Positions 12,806-25,074 of a stretch of 64,000 nucleotides of DNA are shown in pieces. Source of the DNA: Octopus sinensis (Eukaryota); contig NC_043003.1 in the NCBI RefSeq assembly GCF_006345805.1, positions 113,212,001-113,276,000 of the forward strand. The letters are read 5' to 3'. The notes beneath the pieces are model-generated. The model did not search any database. It was given only the letters and a program-made list of their open reading frames with translations, and was not told the DNA's origin. The position numbers were made by a program, and so were the translations under genes. Every line of letters starts with the position of its first letter. Within the stretch, counting starts at the first letter, position 1.

Positions 12806-14414
12806 CTGGAAAATATTTCAAATGAAATATTTTTCATTTGGAGAGTGCGATATACAACATGATGTAGGTTGCTGTTGAAACAGAGTTGGCGGAGAAAGCC
12901 CGAGTCTCAATAGTTTGCACACGTACATTTAAGCTGTCCCCGGAGAAACCGGTGGGTTATTATCAGGAACATCTATGACTGTCTTGTTCCCAGATTGGTT
13001 GTCACCTTTATGGCACAACATGGGCCGGTGGTGAGTGTAGATGAAACATTTGACGATGTGTAGTCGAGAGTAGGTTACTGTTGATTCCTAATTGCACAAA
13101 TCTGACTATCAAATGGATCTGTTGAAGGAAGACGTTAAAAGTTGCACCGTATGTAAATGACCCAGCTATTACACATGTGGGAGTAAAAACCTATTTAAGT
13201 GCTTTTGTACAGAAAACCAAAGAGGGCAAAAGAAACAAGGGGAATTGTGAATGGTTGCACCGTTAATACAACAACTCGTGAGCTGGTAAATGAAATTATC
13301 CTGTGAACTAAAAGCAAAGAAGTACAACCTGCTTACGACGATGGGTACCATCGTGGGGCGATTGTGACGAGCAAACAACCTAAATGAACAAGTCACAATA
13401 AAGGGCCCAATGTATTAAAAAAGAAATAATAAAACTATAAAAATATGAATTGAGGTGTATGACGAGGAAACGTTTTCCAATGAGGAAGTATTCATGCACC
13501 GTGAAGGAGAACTGATATCATGGGAAGAAGAATAAGGCTCAGAACCATTGACAGATAATGGATCAAGAAGAAAATGGGGCCGCATAAATTGTTATACTTC
13601 CACTTTTTACTTTATAAACCCAGAGGCTCTCACGAATGAATTTTGGAATATCCAGCTATAAACAATACCGGAATCAAATAGATTTTAGTTAAATCAAGAA
13701 TGTAGAGGTACACTGATTGATGGATGTGGACCTTTTAATCTTTATATTAATATCTTATTATTTCATTATTGTATTTATGTTATCATCGTACTTTTCAAAT
13801 ATCCTTCATACATATTCTGTATCAAAGCTTTCTTCATTCCATCAGCCGTTCCCAGCCAAATGCATCCATGAACTCTAATCTCTCTCCTAACTCCCAGAGT
13901 CTACTTTATCTCTTTGTTCATATCTCCTCTACTGCAGAATACATCTTCCTTTACCCCTTTCCAAAGTCATGAATTCCTATGACAACAAAATTCACAATTC
14001 CTCACCCTACTACACATACACACTGTTCGCTTATTCAATCGACACCGATGTTTTCGGTGGAGAAACCTCGGTTGCATTTCTCAGTTCTCTTCACGATCTT
14101 GTCTCCTCCCCTATATGTATTACAGATTGGCAATAATTGCCCCTAACAGCATAAGTGCTTCATTCCTGACTCATAACAGAATCTCGGGTAGAGGCGGCGA
14201 ACGCGTACATCACGTCCGTTATTGTTAATCACCTGCTTTGCCCTTATCACTTGATCATAATGTAGTCTTTACTGTAAAATGTCCTGTAGACGGAACGTGT
14301 TCCACTGGTCAGCCAGTATCCTCTGTATGGTCGGTTGGATATGTTGTGCGTGCTGATGTGCAGGAATGTGCTGAGGCTGCATCACGTAGAGATGTTCTTA
14401 GATGGTGTACAATG

Positions 14415-14500
14415 TGGGCCATGATGGACCGTGAAGTCTGGCGCAGCATGGTAAATTCCATTGTCTCGACCACGGTCGAACAATGATGATGATGATGATG
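14415..14500 (+). mobile_element. RTE-clade LINE 3' terminus with (TGA)n tail
   Basis: AMMDREVWRSMVNSIVSTTVEQ-stop followed directly by (TGA)n. Confidence 0.7.
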
Positions 14501-15052
14501 TGGGCGCTGTACACAAGGTATGTCTATCTACTGTTCGATTGTTGCCTTGACAAAACTGCAAACCTGGATGAAGCAAAGATCAAGACTAGGAGACAGGCAT
14601 CAAGATTGTCGTAAAATGCACAACTGCACACATCCGCCCACAATTCGCGCAAAATGATAACTAAACGTTCCACTTTAGCAATCAACAAAAGATTAATAGT
14701 GGAGAAAAGTAACGCTACTTCCGGGAACCTCTGGTCATTGGCGGAAACGAAGTAGCTAATCCTTTCCGGAGGACCTTCGCCTAGGGACCAGTATTCTACG
14801 AGGAGAGAGGATTCCCTTTTTCGTTAAATCCTTATCAACTTTTCAACTTTACTTGTAAAGGGAAGATGAAAGCGGAGAGGGAGAGGCTAAATTATTCCAC
14901 TGTTACTCCACCGTCCATTAAATGTCTCCAGTAATGGACCACCTCTCACTTACGAAGTGGAACTTTGTGAGGAATTTATAAATACTATTATATTGTTCTC
15001 TTTATTGCGTTAACCGATGTCGTAAATGGTTTTTGATGGTAGTGCAATGGCT

Positions 15053-15271
15053 AGCAGAAACGTTAGCACGCCGGGCGAAATGCTTAGCGGTATTTCGTCT
15101 GCGTTACGTTGTGAGTTCAAATTCCGCCGAGGTCGACTTTGCCTTTCATCCTTTCGGGGTCGATAAATTAAGTACCAGTTACGCACTGGGGTCGATGTAA
15201 TCGACTTAATACCTATGTTTGTCCTTGTTTGTCCCCTCTGTGTTTAGCCCCTTGTGGGTAATAAAGAAATA
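15053..15271 (+). mobile_element. SINE family A, young copy
   Basis: Core intact; exact 15-bp TSD GGTAGTGCAATGGCT at 15038-15052 and 15272-15286. Confidence 0.92.
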
Positions 15272-16659
15272 GGTAGTGCAATGGCTGAAGGTATAGTTCA
15301 GCGAATTAGTATTTAATTTCACATTTCTAATCTTTGAGTTTCAATCCTTTCGAGCTCGACTTTATCGATTATGCCCACGAGACGAGATCGAGGCGTTATA
15401 GGTAGACATCACAGTTTTGCAGACAGCTCTAGCGAACGGCCAATAAATTGATATGAGCAGTGTTAGTGATATCAAAACATGAACATTTGTCATTTAAAAT
15501 TTTGGAGGTAATGTGACCTTCGAAGTCCCAAAACACTACAGGTATGAATCTGAACAATAAGTACAAAATGCTTCTAGTAGAGACGTTAGAGATGAGTTAC
15601 ATAAGAGAGGGAGAGAGAGAGAGGGAGAGAAAGAGATAGAGGGAGAGAAAGAGATAGAGGGAGAGAGAGGAAGGGTTAACCGTCTAAGTGTGGGTCTATA
15701 TATAGGTTGCATGCAAATGCAGAGGAATTCAAACTGCTATAGTATAATATTATATAACACATGTCTGTTGGTTGCAAATTGCCAGAAAACGTTTTAGGGT
15801 TCACATATTTTCTGGTCTTAGGGAAGAAGCCTAACCACTCCTATACAGTCTTTGCTCTTTTAAATGCGTGTGGTCATAAAAGTTAATCATAATTTAAGAG
15901 AATTAAGAATTGTTTGTAAATTGTTCTTGGGAGAGAATAGATTTGTTGTACATGCGTTTTCTTAATAAAAGTACAGACTCTTTCGGGGTTGTATTAAATA
16001 TATAACTAGATCTTCATGATCCTGACCAAATGGCAGAATATTGGAGAGGTTTCAGTTGCTAGTTCTCATTTATTTGTTGGGTAAATATGGGGTCGGCATC
16101 GGAAGGATAAGTTTGCAGAAGATTGAGAACAACGAAGGATGGTATCAACCGTATTTAAGTTTCTACAACGAGAAGAGACCATATTTTCTTATCAGAAAGT
16201 AAAACATATATATTGTTACGATCACGGATACTTTTCCTCCAAGTTCCAAATCAGATATGAGCAATGTTGTGTTATTTTTGGCTGTGTCGAGTGTAAAGTG
16301 TTTTTCTAAATGCTGATGGTGGGGTATTACAGATGTATTTCTAGGGTTGCTCTGTCATATTACTGTAACCTACTTCCAGTGGCCGACCGAAATAGCTTGG
16401 CTAATTAATCCAAACAGATCTCACTCTCAATTCTCTATTCATCCATGAATGATGAAACTGAATCCAAAACAATAATGAGTTTATATGCTTGTGTCTGTGG
16501 ATGTGTGTACGTGTATGCGCGTGTGTGCACAGTATGCATTTATATACATATATCTATGCATATAAATATACATATATGCATGTACATGCATACATATATG
16601 ATGGATGTATATTTAAATATGTGTGTGTGTATGTATGCATAGATATACATCTATCAATC

Positions 16660-16667
16660 TATCTGTC

Positions 16668-16737
<70 letters not shown>

Positions 16738-16866
16738 GGGGTTGCTTGGGTGCGTGCGTGTGAGTGTATGCATTATATATATATATCTATCTATCTATAT
16801 ATATATGTATATGTATATGTATGTATGTATATATGTATGTATATATATATATGTATGTATATATAT

Positions 16867-16898
<32 letters not shown>

Positions 16899-17180
16899 TA
16901 TGTATGTATATGTATGTATGTATATATATATGTATGTATATGTATATATGTATATATATATGCATGTATGTATATTTATATGCATGTATGTATATATGTA
17001 TGTATGTATGTATGTGTGTATGTATATGTATATGAAAATATATATACAAACATACACACACAAATATATTGACGTATAAAGCTCCATTCTCGGGTATAAA
17101 CTGACACGCATAGGTATGTTTGCCTTTGGCTGTATCTGTGTGTGTGTGTGTGTGTGTCTGTGTGTGTGTATGTGTGTGTG
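16660..17180. repeat. (CT)/(TA)/(TATG)/(GT) compound microsatellite
   Basis: Direct repeats. Confidence 0.9.
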
Positions 17181-17859
17181 TGTGTGCCTGTGTGCGCGCG
17201 CTTGGGCCTAAAGAAAGACGTAACTATGCGCAACGTGTAAACACGCAAACCGTATATTTTGAGGGGACGGCTGGAAGGGGGGGAGGGCGGCGGCGGAATG
17301 GCGGATCGTAAGTATTTTCGCTGTTCGTTCTTTATTAATTGGCTCCGCTCTGTTTTCTTCAAACTATTACGCTGATTGTCTTAATAAACAATTAGGTCTT
17401 ACTCTTATAAATCCTCACAAATGCCGCCACCCATACAAAACAAAATCAAAAACACACTCCACATCCCGCATCATCTCGAATCTCTATCCCCCGCCCGCCC
17501 CGCCCCCATCTCCATCAGCAGCCTGTTTTTCTTTCTCTCCTTAACCTCATCGTCATTATCTTTCACGAGCAACAACACCAACAACAAGATTAGCAATTCT
17601 TGCAGACGCAGTTCTCTTGGAATGTTCGTAGTTGTTTACCAACTTATTACAAAGCAATGTAGGTTTCTGCTGGATGTCAATTAGTGATGTACGGGGCTGC
17701 CTCGAAATATTCCTTTGGTGGTATGTATGCCTGTGTGTGTGAATGTATCTGTTTGTGTGAATGTATGCGCATGCCTGAATAGTATTATGCATTTTATTTC
17801 TACTGAGAACAGGTTCATACAGAATTCAAAGTGTAGATACATCTGTGTGTATGTGTGTG

Positions 17860-17863
17860 TGTT

Positions 17864-17904
<41 letters not shown>

Positions 17905-18025
17905 GTGTGTGTGTACATGTATACATACATGTGTACACATATATGCATCTATGCAAAGTATATGTAAATACATAATATATATATATATTATATATATATA
18001 TGCATATATATATATATATATATGC

Positions 18026-18096
<71 letters not shown>

Positions 18097-18117
18097 GTAT
18101 ATATATATGTATATATA

Positions 18118-18163
<46 letters not shown>

Positions 18164-18184
18164 ATATATATATATATATGTGTG

Positions 18185-18218
<34 letters not shown>

Positions 18219-18240
18219 GAGAGAGAGAGAGAAAGAGAGA
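17860..18240. repeat. (TA)n-dominated microsatellite
   Basis: Direct repeats. Confidence 0.95.
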
Positions 18241-18296
18241 GCAGGTGAGTCAAACAGGGGCACACGCACACACGTGCACACACATATATATTCTGT

Positions 18297-18636
18297 TATT
18301 CTTTTACTTGCTTCAGTCATTTGACTGCGGCCATGCTGGAGCACAGCCTTTTCACGAAGAAATCGACCCCACGACTTATTCTTTGTAAGCCTAGTACTTA
18401 TTCTATCCGTCTCATTTGTCGAGTCGCTAAGATATGGAGACGTAAACACACCAGCATCGGTTGTCAAGCGATGGTGGGGAGGGGCATGCACAGACACACA
18501 AATACACACAAACACTTATATAAACGGCGGGCTTCTTTCAGTTTCCGTCTACCAAATCCACTCACAAGGCTTTTGGTCGGACTGAACCCGGAACCATGTT
18601 GTTGGTAAACAAACTACTTACCATACATCCACTCCT
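18297..18636 (-). mobile_element. tRNA-derived SINE family C with an internal deletion
   Basis: Homologous to 32168, 33472 and 38859 copies; lacks ~45 bp of the GAGGCTATAGTAGAAGACACTTGCCCAAGG segment. Confidence 0.85.
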
Positions 18637-18964
18637 ATATATATATATATATATATATGTACCAAGGATGTAACAGCCTGTGATGCCCTGGGACATGTGC
18701 CGAGCAAGATGTGTTCCCCTGACGTTCCCAAGCCTTTTTTGCTATTTACTGAATCTGTTTGAAGCATTTTAGATTATGTTACAAGTGCGTGATTTTACAA
18801 AGATTTGGTGTTCAGGAAGTACCTGTGCAGATGAGTAATTTTCAGTGGGTGTAGATTGCACTACACTATCCCCACCTATTGCCGTTGTTGCATGAAAATT
18901 GGCAAGACCAAGAACTTCCAAGGCCTCGGGTTTTATTTCGGAGATTTCCTTCTAGGTAGATTAC

Positions 18965-19026
<62 letters not shown>

Positions 19027-19135
19027 TCATATAAATGAATATTTTCAAAGAGGAAGAATTACGGATTTTTCTCTTACGAGGTTTTTCACGCTGACTACTG
19101 ATAATTTCTTTTAAAGATTTTATCCTCAATTGTTA

Positions 19136-19200
<65 letters not shown>

Positions 19201-19474
19201 TACATATATTAAAAAAAGTTAAGATTTGTGAATAAGAATTAAATATAAATAATATATATAAATATAACAAAATTTAAAAGATATGCAATTGAAAAATATA
19301 AATAATATGTATATAAAAGTAAAAATATACATATATATACATATAAGAAAAAGAAAGATATATACTTAATTACAGATATTTTGTTGGATGGCCGTTGACT
19401 GTTCTGGAGTTCCTCCACCCTTTGACGGGTCCTATTTTTAATCCCGCAGGGTGTCCAACCTCCTGTCTTCCTCC

Positions 19475-19510
<36 letters not shown>

Positions 19511-19976
19511 ACCCCCTTCCCCTCCACAATCTCTTTCAGAAAGGTGAATTATTATTGCCCACCACCACTGCACAATTATAACAGATATTATTTATCAGAT
19601 ACATTATTATTTTGCGTGGATAAAAGATTTGCTGTGCTGAGAAACATTATACCCTTTAAAAGAATTGATTTGTATTCTCAAGGCAACCGTCGTTAACAAA
19701 AATTTGTCGGTAAATTTGAAAACATTTTCCATTTTTGAAATATTTACTTCTTAACTATTTTATTCGTTTTCTCATTGTAAACCAAATCATTTTTTGGTTT
19801 CAAAATTTTTTATTTTTCAGATTTGCTTTTCAATATGCCTAAAACGATTTACCCGATCAACGCACTACAAATTTCATGAGTCGATTATTTTAACAATCTT
19901 TTTCCAGTTCCTGTATTACTTAACCTACTGCAATTTCAATTTTTAATGCACGTTTATGGTACTGCTAGCGAACAGT

Positions 19977-20334
19977 GGTTCCGGTGCGCGCACTCACGCA
20001 CTCGCGCATCCACACTAGCTAGTCGTTAGTAGTCGATCCTACAACGACTGTTTAACCCTAACACTAACCTTAGTTTGTTTATAAAAATAATTTATTTACT
20101 TAGTTTAAAACATTATTTACTTTGCATTTTATTTACTTTGTTCAAAAAATATTTAATTGATGTAAAAAAATTACATACATTGTTTTAAAAAATTTATTTA
20201 CTTTGTTCGAAAAATATTATTTAATTTTCTTTGATATGTATTCAGCCTTGATATACAAACATACTCGCAAGTCGTTGTAGGATCGACTACTTACGACTAG
20301 CTAGCGCGGATGCATGAGTGCGCGCACCGGGACC
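19977..20334. mobile_element. MITE with ~65-70-bp TIRs starting GGT(T/C)CCGGTGCGCGCACTCA
   Basis: Left end GGTTCCGGTGCGCGCACTCA...GTCGATCCTACAACGACT mirrors the right end AGTCGTTGTAGGATCGAC...TGAGTGCGCGCACCGGGACC; AT-rich interior with CCCTAACACTAACC; no TSD found. Confidence 0.8.
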
Positions 20335-20662
20335 TATATCTGAACTGTGCTTTATTTTAATTCGCCGTCTATATTTGGGTCTATTACATTTGAACATTTA
20401 TTTAGAACCCTGCACATTTTTCGTGCTAAATTTTCATTTGTTATTACTTTATTTTTTTTTCTTTCTTTTGAAAATTGATGCTTTTATTAAAATGAATTAT
20501 AATTCTCCTGGTCAACAGTTCGTTTCCTCGGAGGATAAGGAAATTCCTATTACCCGTCAGAGAAATAACTCCACACCCCTATTTTTAATAATTTTTGAAG
20601 CACATTGCTTTTTTCCACCTTTTCTCAAGTTATTGTTTCTTCGCCAACATAAGACGTTCATA

Positions 20663-20717
20663 GGATCTTTTCGGTTTGAACGGCAGTTTTTAACATAATT
20701 TCTAAGTAACTAAAAAT
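20663..20717 (+). mobile_element. Truncated end of the GGATC-TIR MITE
   Basis: GGATCTTTTCGGTTTGAACGGCAGTTTTTAACATAATTTCTA matches the terminus of the full copies. Confidence 0.8.
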
Positions 20718-21757
20718 TCGACCCCGAGGTTTGGCTTTTTATTTTACATTTTTTGCGTGTTGCTGTCTTTTAATTTGATTTCATAGTTAAATTATTTAAG
20801 GATGCGGTTCTGTTGAAGAAACTTTCTTATAATCACCATGCATCTCTTTTTCGTTTATCGTCATCACAACGTAACCTTTCATTTGTATGTTACTTTTTAG
20901 CGTCTAACTGGTGCTGAAGAGTGGCTACGTAGGCAAAGAATGTTTTACGATTGGGCCACGGGGAGGGGGGCATCGGAAATTTAATGACAAAAGAAAAAAA
21001 GAAAACACTCTTTTATCATCTTCTTCATTATGCTATTGTTTTTTTTTTTCGTTTTATTTCTTCTGAATTAACTTAGTTGTCTCCCAGTCGACAAGGTTCT
21101 AATGGGACCTTTAGAAATATTTCAAAGCTTTCCAAAAACAGTGTAAGTTTATTAAATAATTTATCATTTTCATTCGTACCGATTTTTTTTTTTTGATGTT
21201 GTGCGGTTTCTTTTAAAAATAATTATTTTTCCATTTGCAATCAGACAGAAAAATCTTATTCTTAATTGGACTTCTTTTTCTTATTTTTTTCTGTCACAGA
21301 CAATCACACATGCGGAATACAAGGGGTTTACATCCCGTCCGACGAAGGAAAGGGCTCATGTAAGAATACTGTTTTTAAATCTTTTTATACTGATCATTTA
21401 TTCTTTTTCTTTTTTGGTTAACCAGTATTTGTTAAAACGTGACACACAATGATAAACACATGTATGAAACAGAAATTTGATACACATGTACTGCATATAG
21501 TCTTTTTTTTTTCATAAATATAGCAAACTCTGGTGGTCGCCGTCCCTTCGGTCAAACGAGCAACTTTGTAAGTTCTTTAATAGAAACTCTTTTTCACATA
21601 ACACTCAAATAATTATGTTTGCTTTTAACATATATTTAGCAACCCTACCAAAGGAAAGAGACCATTTCAGAACAACGGTCCTCAAAACAAAACAAGGAAC
21701 AAATTAAACAATTTGTCTTTTTATTTTTAACGATTTTACCCCTAATTATCCCTCATG

Positions 21758-22166
21758 CGATCTTTTCGGTTTGAACGGCATTTTTTTCTAGCAGTGTCAT
21801 ATGAAATTGTCACCCATAATTATGATCTTAGTATTGATCTATTGCATTTCAGTCTATTTTAGGGTTAGGGGTGGGGGAAGGGTATCTTTTTTTCTTCACA
21901 AATGTAAATAAACCAAATCTGTTTCTTAAGCGAGGGACATTTTCATACGAAAAAGAATGTTTTCGCCTCAATAGACGTCAGTGATTGGTTGAAATTGCAG
22001 AAATTGAAGAAAAAAACAACAAATATCTTACAAACTATAGAATTTTCTCAATAAAGCCAAGAGAAAAAGATGTTTTATAAACACATTCTACAAGTATACG
22101 AAGTTTAAAAGTGTTTAGTTACGTGGAAAACATTTTTAAAAACTGCCGTTCAAACCGAAAAGATCC
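21758..22166 (-). mobile_element. GGATC-TIR MITE (~410 bp), copy 1
   Basis: ~28-bp TIRs GATCTTTTCGGTTTGAACGGCA / TGCCGTTCAAACCGAAAAGATCC; internal TTAGGG motif; opposite orientation to the copies at 25325, 46992 and 60095. Confidence 0.9.
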
Positions 22167-22851
22167 CATGAATTATACGTCTGTCAAAAATGTAAACCAG
22201 AGAGAAATTCTAGCTTTCTTCTTGAATTTAAATTTCTTAGAACACACTCTGCTTGTTTGTAGGAAAGAATGTTGAAACGTGATAAGTTAAAGAAAAACCT
22301 AAAGTTTCGCTTTTTGAAAATAGTGTTGGAATGGGAAGAAACAGCAGGGAACCAGATTAATGCTGTTGGAGGAGTCGGTTTCATCGTTCAACATTCTTCC
22401 TTCGTTTCTCTTACATTTGGTATCACCGTTATGTTTGCTATTTCTGTCATTGTTGTTGTTGTTCTTCTTGTCTAGCCGTAGATCGGCGCTGTTCAGATAG
22501 ATGAATGCCTTTCTGACAATGACAATCAAACCTTTTATTAAATTGTTCTTCTTCCATTTTAATAATGATTTCTTCATTAGATTTAGTTGATATTTGTGAA
22601 ATATCTCGTAACCACTTTGCGACTCATTTGTTGGTTCCTCAAAGAAGCAGCAGCATTAGTAGCAGTAGTAGTAGTTGCTGTTGTTGTTGTTGTTGTTGTT
22701 TAGTCCCAGTTTGTTCTACTAAATGCAAACCAATTTTAACTGGAGTCGTTTTATCATTTAATAGTCTTATTGTTTATGTTGGTTTGGGGATGCAAACAGC
22801 AAAAGACGAATCAAAACATGTATACACATTCATCTTTATTATTAATAATCG

Positions 22852-23790
22852 GAGGCGGCGAACTGGCACGTTACCACGCCGGGCGAAATGCGTAGCCGTA
22901 TTTCGTCTGCCCTTACGTCCTGAGTTCAAATTCCGCCGAGGTCGACTTTGCCTTTCATCCTTTCGGAGTCGATTACATAAGTACCAGTTACGCACAGGGG
23001 GTCGATGTAATCGACTTAATCCGTTTGTCTGTTCTTGTTTGTCCCCTCTATGTTTAGCCTCTTGTGGGTAGTAAAGAATAGGTATTTCGTCTGCCCTTAC
23101 GTCTGAGTTCAAATTCCGGCGAGGTCGACTTGCCTTTCATCCTTCGGAGTCGATTACATAAGTACCAGTTACGCACTGGGGTCGATATAATCGACTTAAT
23201 CCGTTTGTCTGTTCTGTTTGTCCCCTCTATGTTTAGCCTCTTGTGGGTAGTAAAGAATAGGTATTTCGTCTGCCCTTACGTCTGAGTTCAAATTCCGGCG
23301 AGGTCGACTTGCCTTTCATCCTTCGGAGTCGATTACATAAGTACCAGTTACGCACAGGGGGTCGATGTAATCGACTTAATCCGTTTGTCTGTTCTTGTTT
23401 GTCCCCTCTATGTTTAGCCTCTTGTGGGTAGTAAAGAAATAGGTATTTCGTCTGCCACTACGTCCTGAGTTCAAATTCCGGCGAGGTCGACTTTGCCTTT
23501 CATCCTTTCGGGGTCGATGAAATAAGTACCAGTTACGCACTGGGGTCGATATAATCGACTTAATCCGTTTGTCTGTCCTTGTTTGTCCCTTCTGTGTTTA
23601 GCCCCTTGTGGGTAGTAAAGAAATAGGTATTTCGTCTGTCTTTACGTTCTGATTTCAAATGCCACCGAGATCGACTTTGCATTTAATCACTTCGAAGTCA
23701 ATAAATTAAGTACCAGTTGCGTCCTGGGTTAGGGTAAGCGACTGGCCCTCTCCCACACGTAATTTCGGACCTTGTGCCTAGAACAGAAGT
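22852..23790 (+). repeat. Head-to-tail array of SINE family A bodies (one head, 4 young bodies, 1 older body)
   Basis: Unit starts at 22897, 23081, 23260, 23442 and 23626 (period 179-184 bp). Confidence 0.9.
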
Positions 23791-24166
23791 GGTTATTAAT
23801 TATTGGCAAAAGTTACAGAGTGACTCAAGGACCGAGATTTTCATGCATTGACGCTGATCAACCTGGTTTCAAATAAGGTGAATTACATTTATATACATAA
23901 TGATACTTCTCTGTTGAATCTCACTCATAAGGGAATCTTACATTGCTTATAAACTCTATATTTGGAAGGACTCATATTAAACTCTGTTGGACTTTTGGAT
24001 TTTACTCAAAGGATATTGGAATAATAACATATATACCATTATGCCTATAAAACGGATTTACAACTTCAATACCCATACATATCTTACATCTATTTTCTTT
24101 CCTCCACCTCACTCTCTATTTGTATCACATCGAAACTAACTATGACATAATTTTTCCTCTCACACC

Positions 24167-24219
24167 GTCTCCGATGAAGGGATAATATTTATTTAATATC
24201 CTAGAAACAGCTGTAAGAC
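24167..24219 (+). ncRNA. Minimal type I hammerhead-like motif (Penelope-type, palindromic stem III)
   Basis: GTCT-CCGATGA-stem II (GGATA/TATCC)-GAAA-CAGCTG-TA-AGAC; homolog at 52396; core position 4 is C and the base of stem II is mismatched. Confidence 0.6.
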
Positions 24220-24771
24220 TTATCTATAAATGCTCTAATATCTATACAGCCTTGGTCTTATGTAGGGAAAGGGACACGGGTGAATCAGTCATATATGTTG
24301 CTGAATTACCTCCAAATTTGTAGAGATAAACACAGCCGTCACAGTTTGTCGAGATTACAAGGGTAACATTTGGTCTACGGAAAAATGTACGCTAACTACC
24401 AAAATTTTGGAATATTCATTGAGAAAAACCGTTTAAGCTTTCAGGTCAAAATATCAATTTATTATAACCAGCATGCATATCAATTTGTAAATTTTAATAT
24501 TCGTTATTTTTCTCAATACCGAGAATAACAATTCGCTCCTGATATTGAAAACGTTTTCCCGTTTTTCGGCTGGATTGCTTTGCAATATCTAGTTCAATGG
24601 ATTCAAATACGGCTAGAAACGATTTCCCCTTTTGTTCGCTAGGTTATTCATAAAATAATTACGATGTATTGTACTTGGAGTAATTCAATCGGTTCTTCCC
24701 TCCTCAGATTCGAAACCTTTTAACAATGTGAGAAATCAATGTATCAATAATACATATGTATATTGATTGTA

Positions 24772-25074
24772 GTGGAGGTGCAATGGCCCAGTGGTTAGGG
24801 CAGCGGACTCACGGTCGTAGGATCGCGGTTTCGATTCCCAAACCGGGCGTTGTGAATGTTTATTGAGCGAAAACACCTCAAGTTCCACGAGGCTCTGGCA
24901 GGGGGCGGTGGTGATCCCTGCTGAACTCTTTCGCCACAACTTTCTCTCACTCTTTCTTCTGTTGGCCTGCTCGCTTAGCCAGCGGGGTGGCGTCATTTGT
25001 GACCAGCGAAGCGCATTGTGACCAGCGTTGTGGAGCAACATCTGATAGCCTGGTCAGTCACGGTGTTCACGGTG
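24772..25074 (+). mobile_element. tRNA-derived SINE family E (shares head and core with family B, different tail)
   Basis: A box TGGCCCAGTGG, B box GGTTTCGATTCC; 12-bp TSD ATATTGATTGTA at 24760-24771 and 25075-25086. Confidence 0.9.

Noticed and set aside
13160-13560. Possible coding relic (CGSKNLFKCFC...)
   Set aside because: Multiple stops and no recognisable family motif; cannot be classified
18670-18700. TAACAGCCTGTGATGCCCT resembling an 18S rRNA segment
   Set aside because: Only about 12-18 matching bases and no flanking rRNA similarity; likely chance
22852-23790. CRISPR-like regular repeats
   Set aside because: Units are ~180-bp near-identical SINE bodies with no unique spacers, in a eukaryotic context with no cas genes
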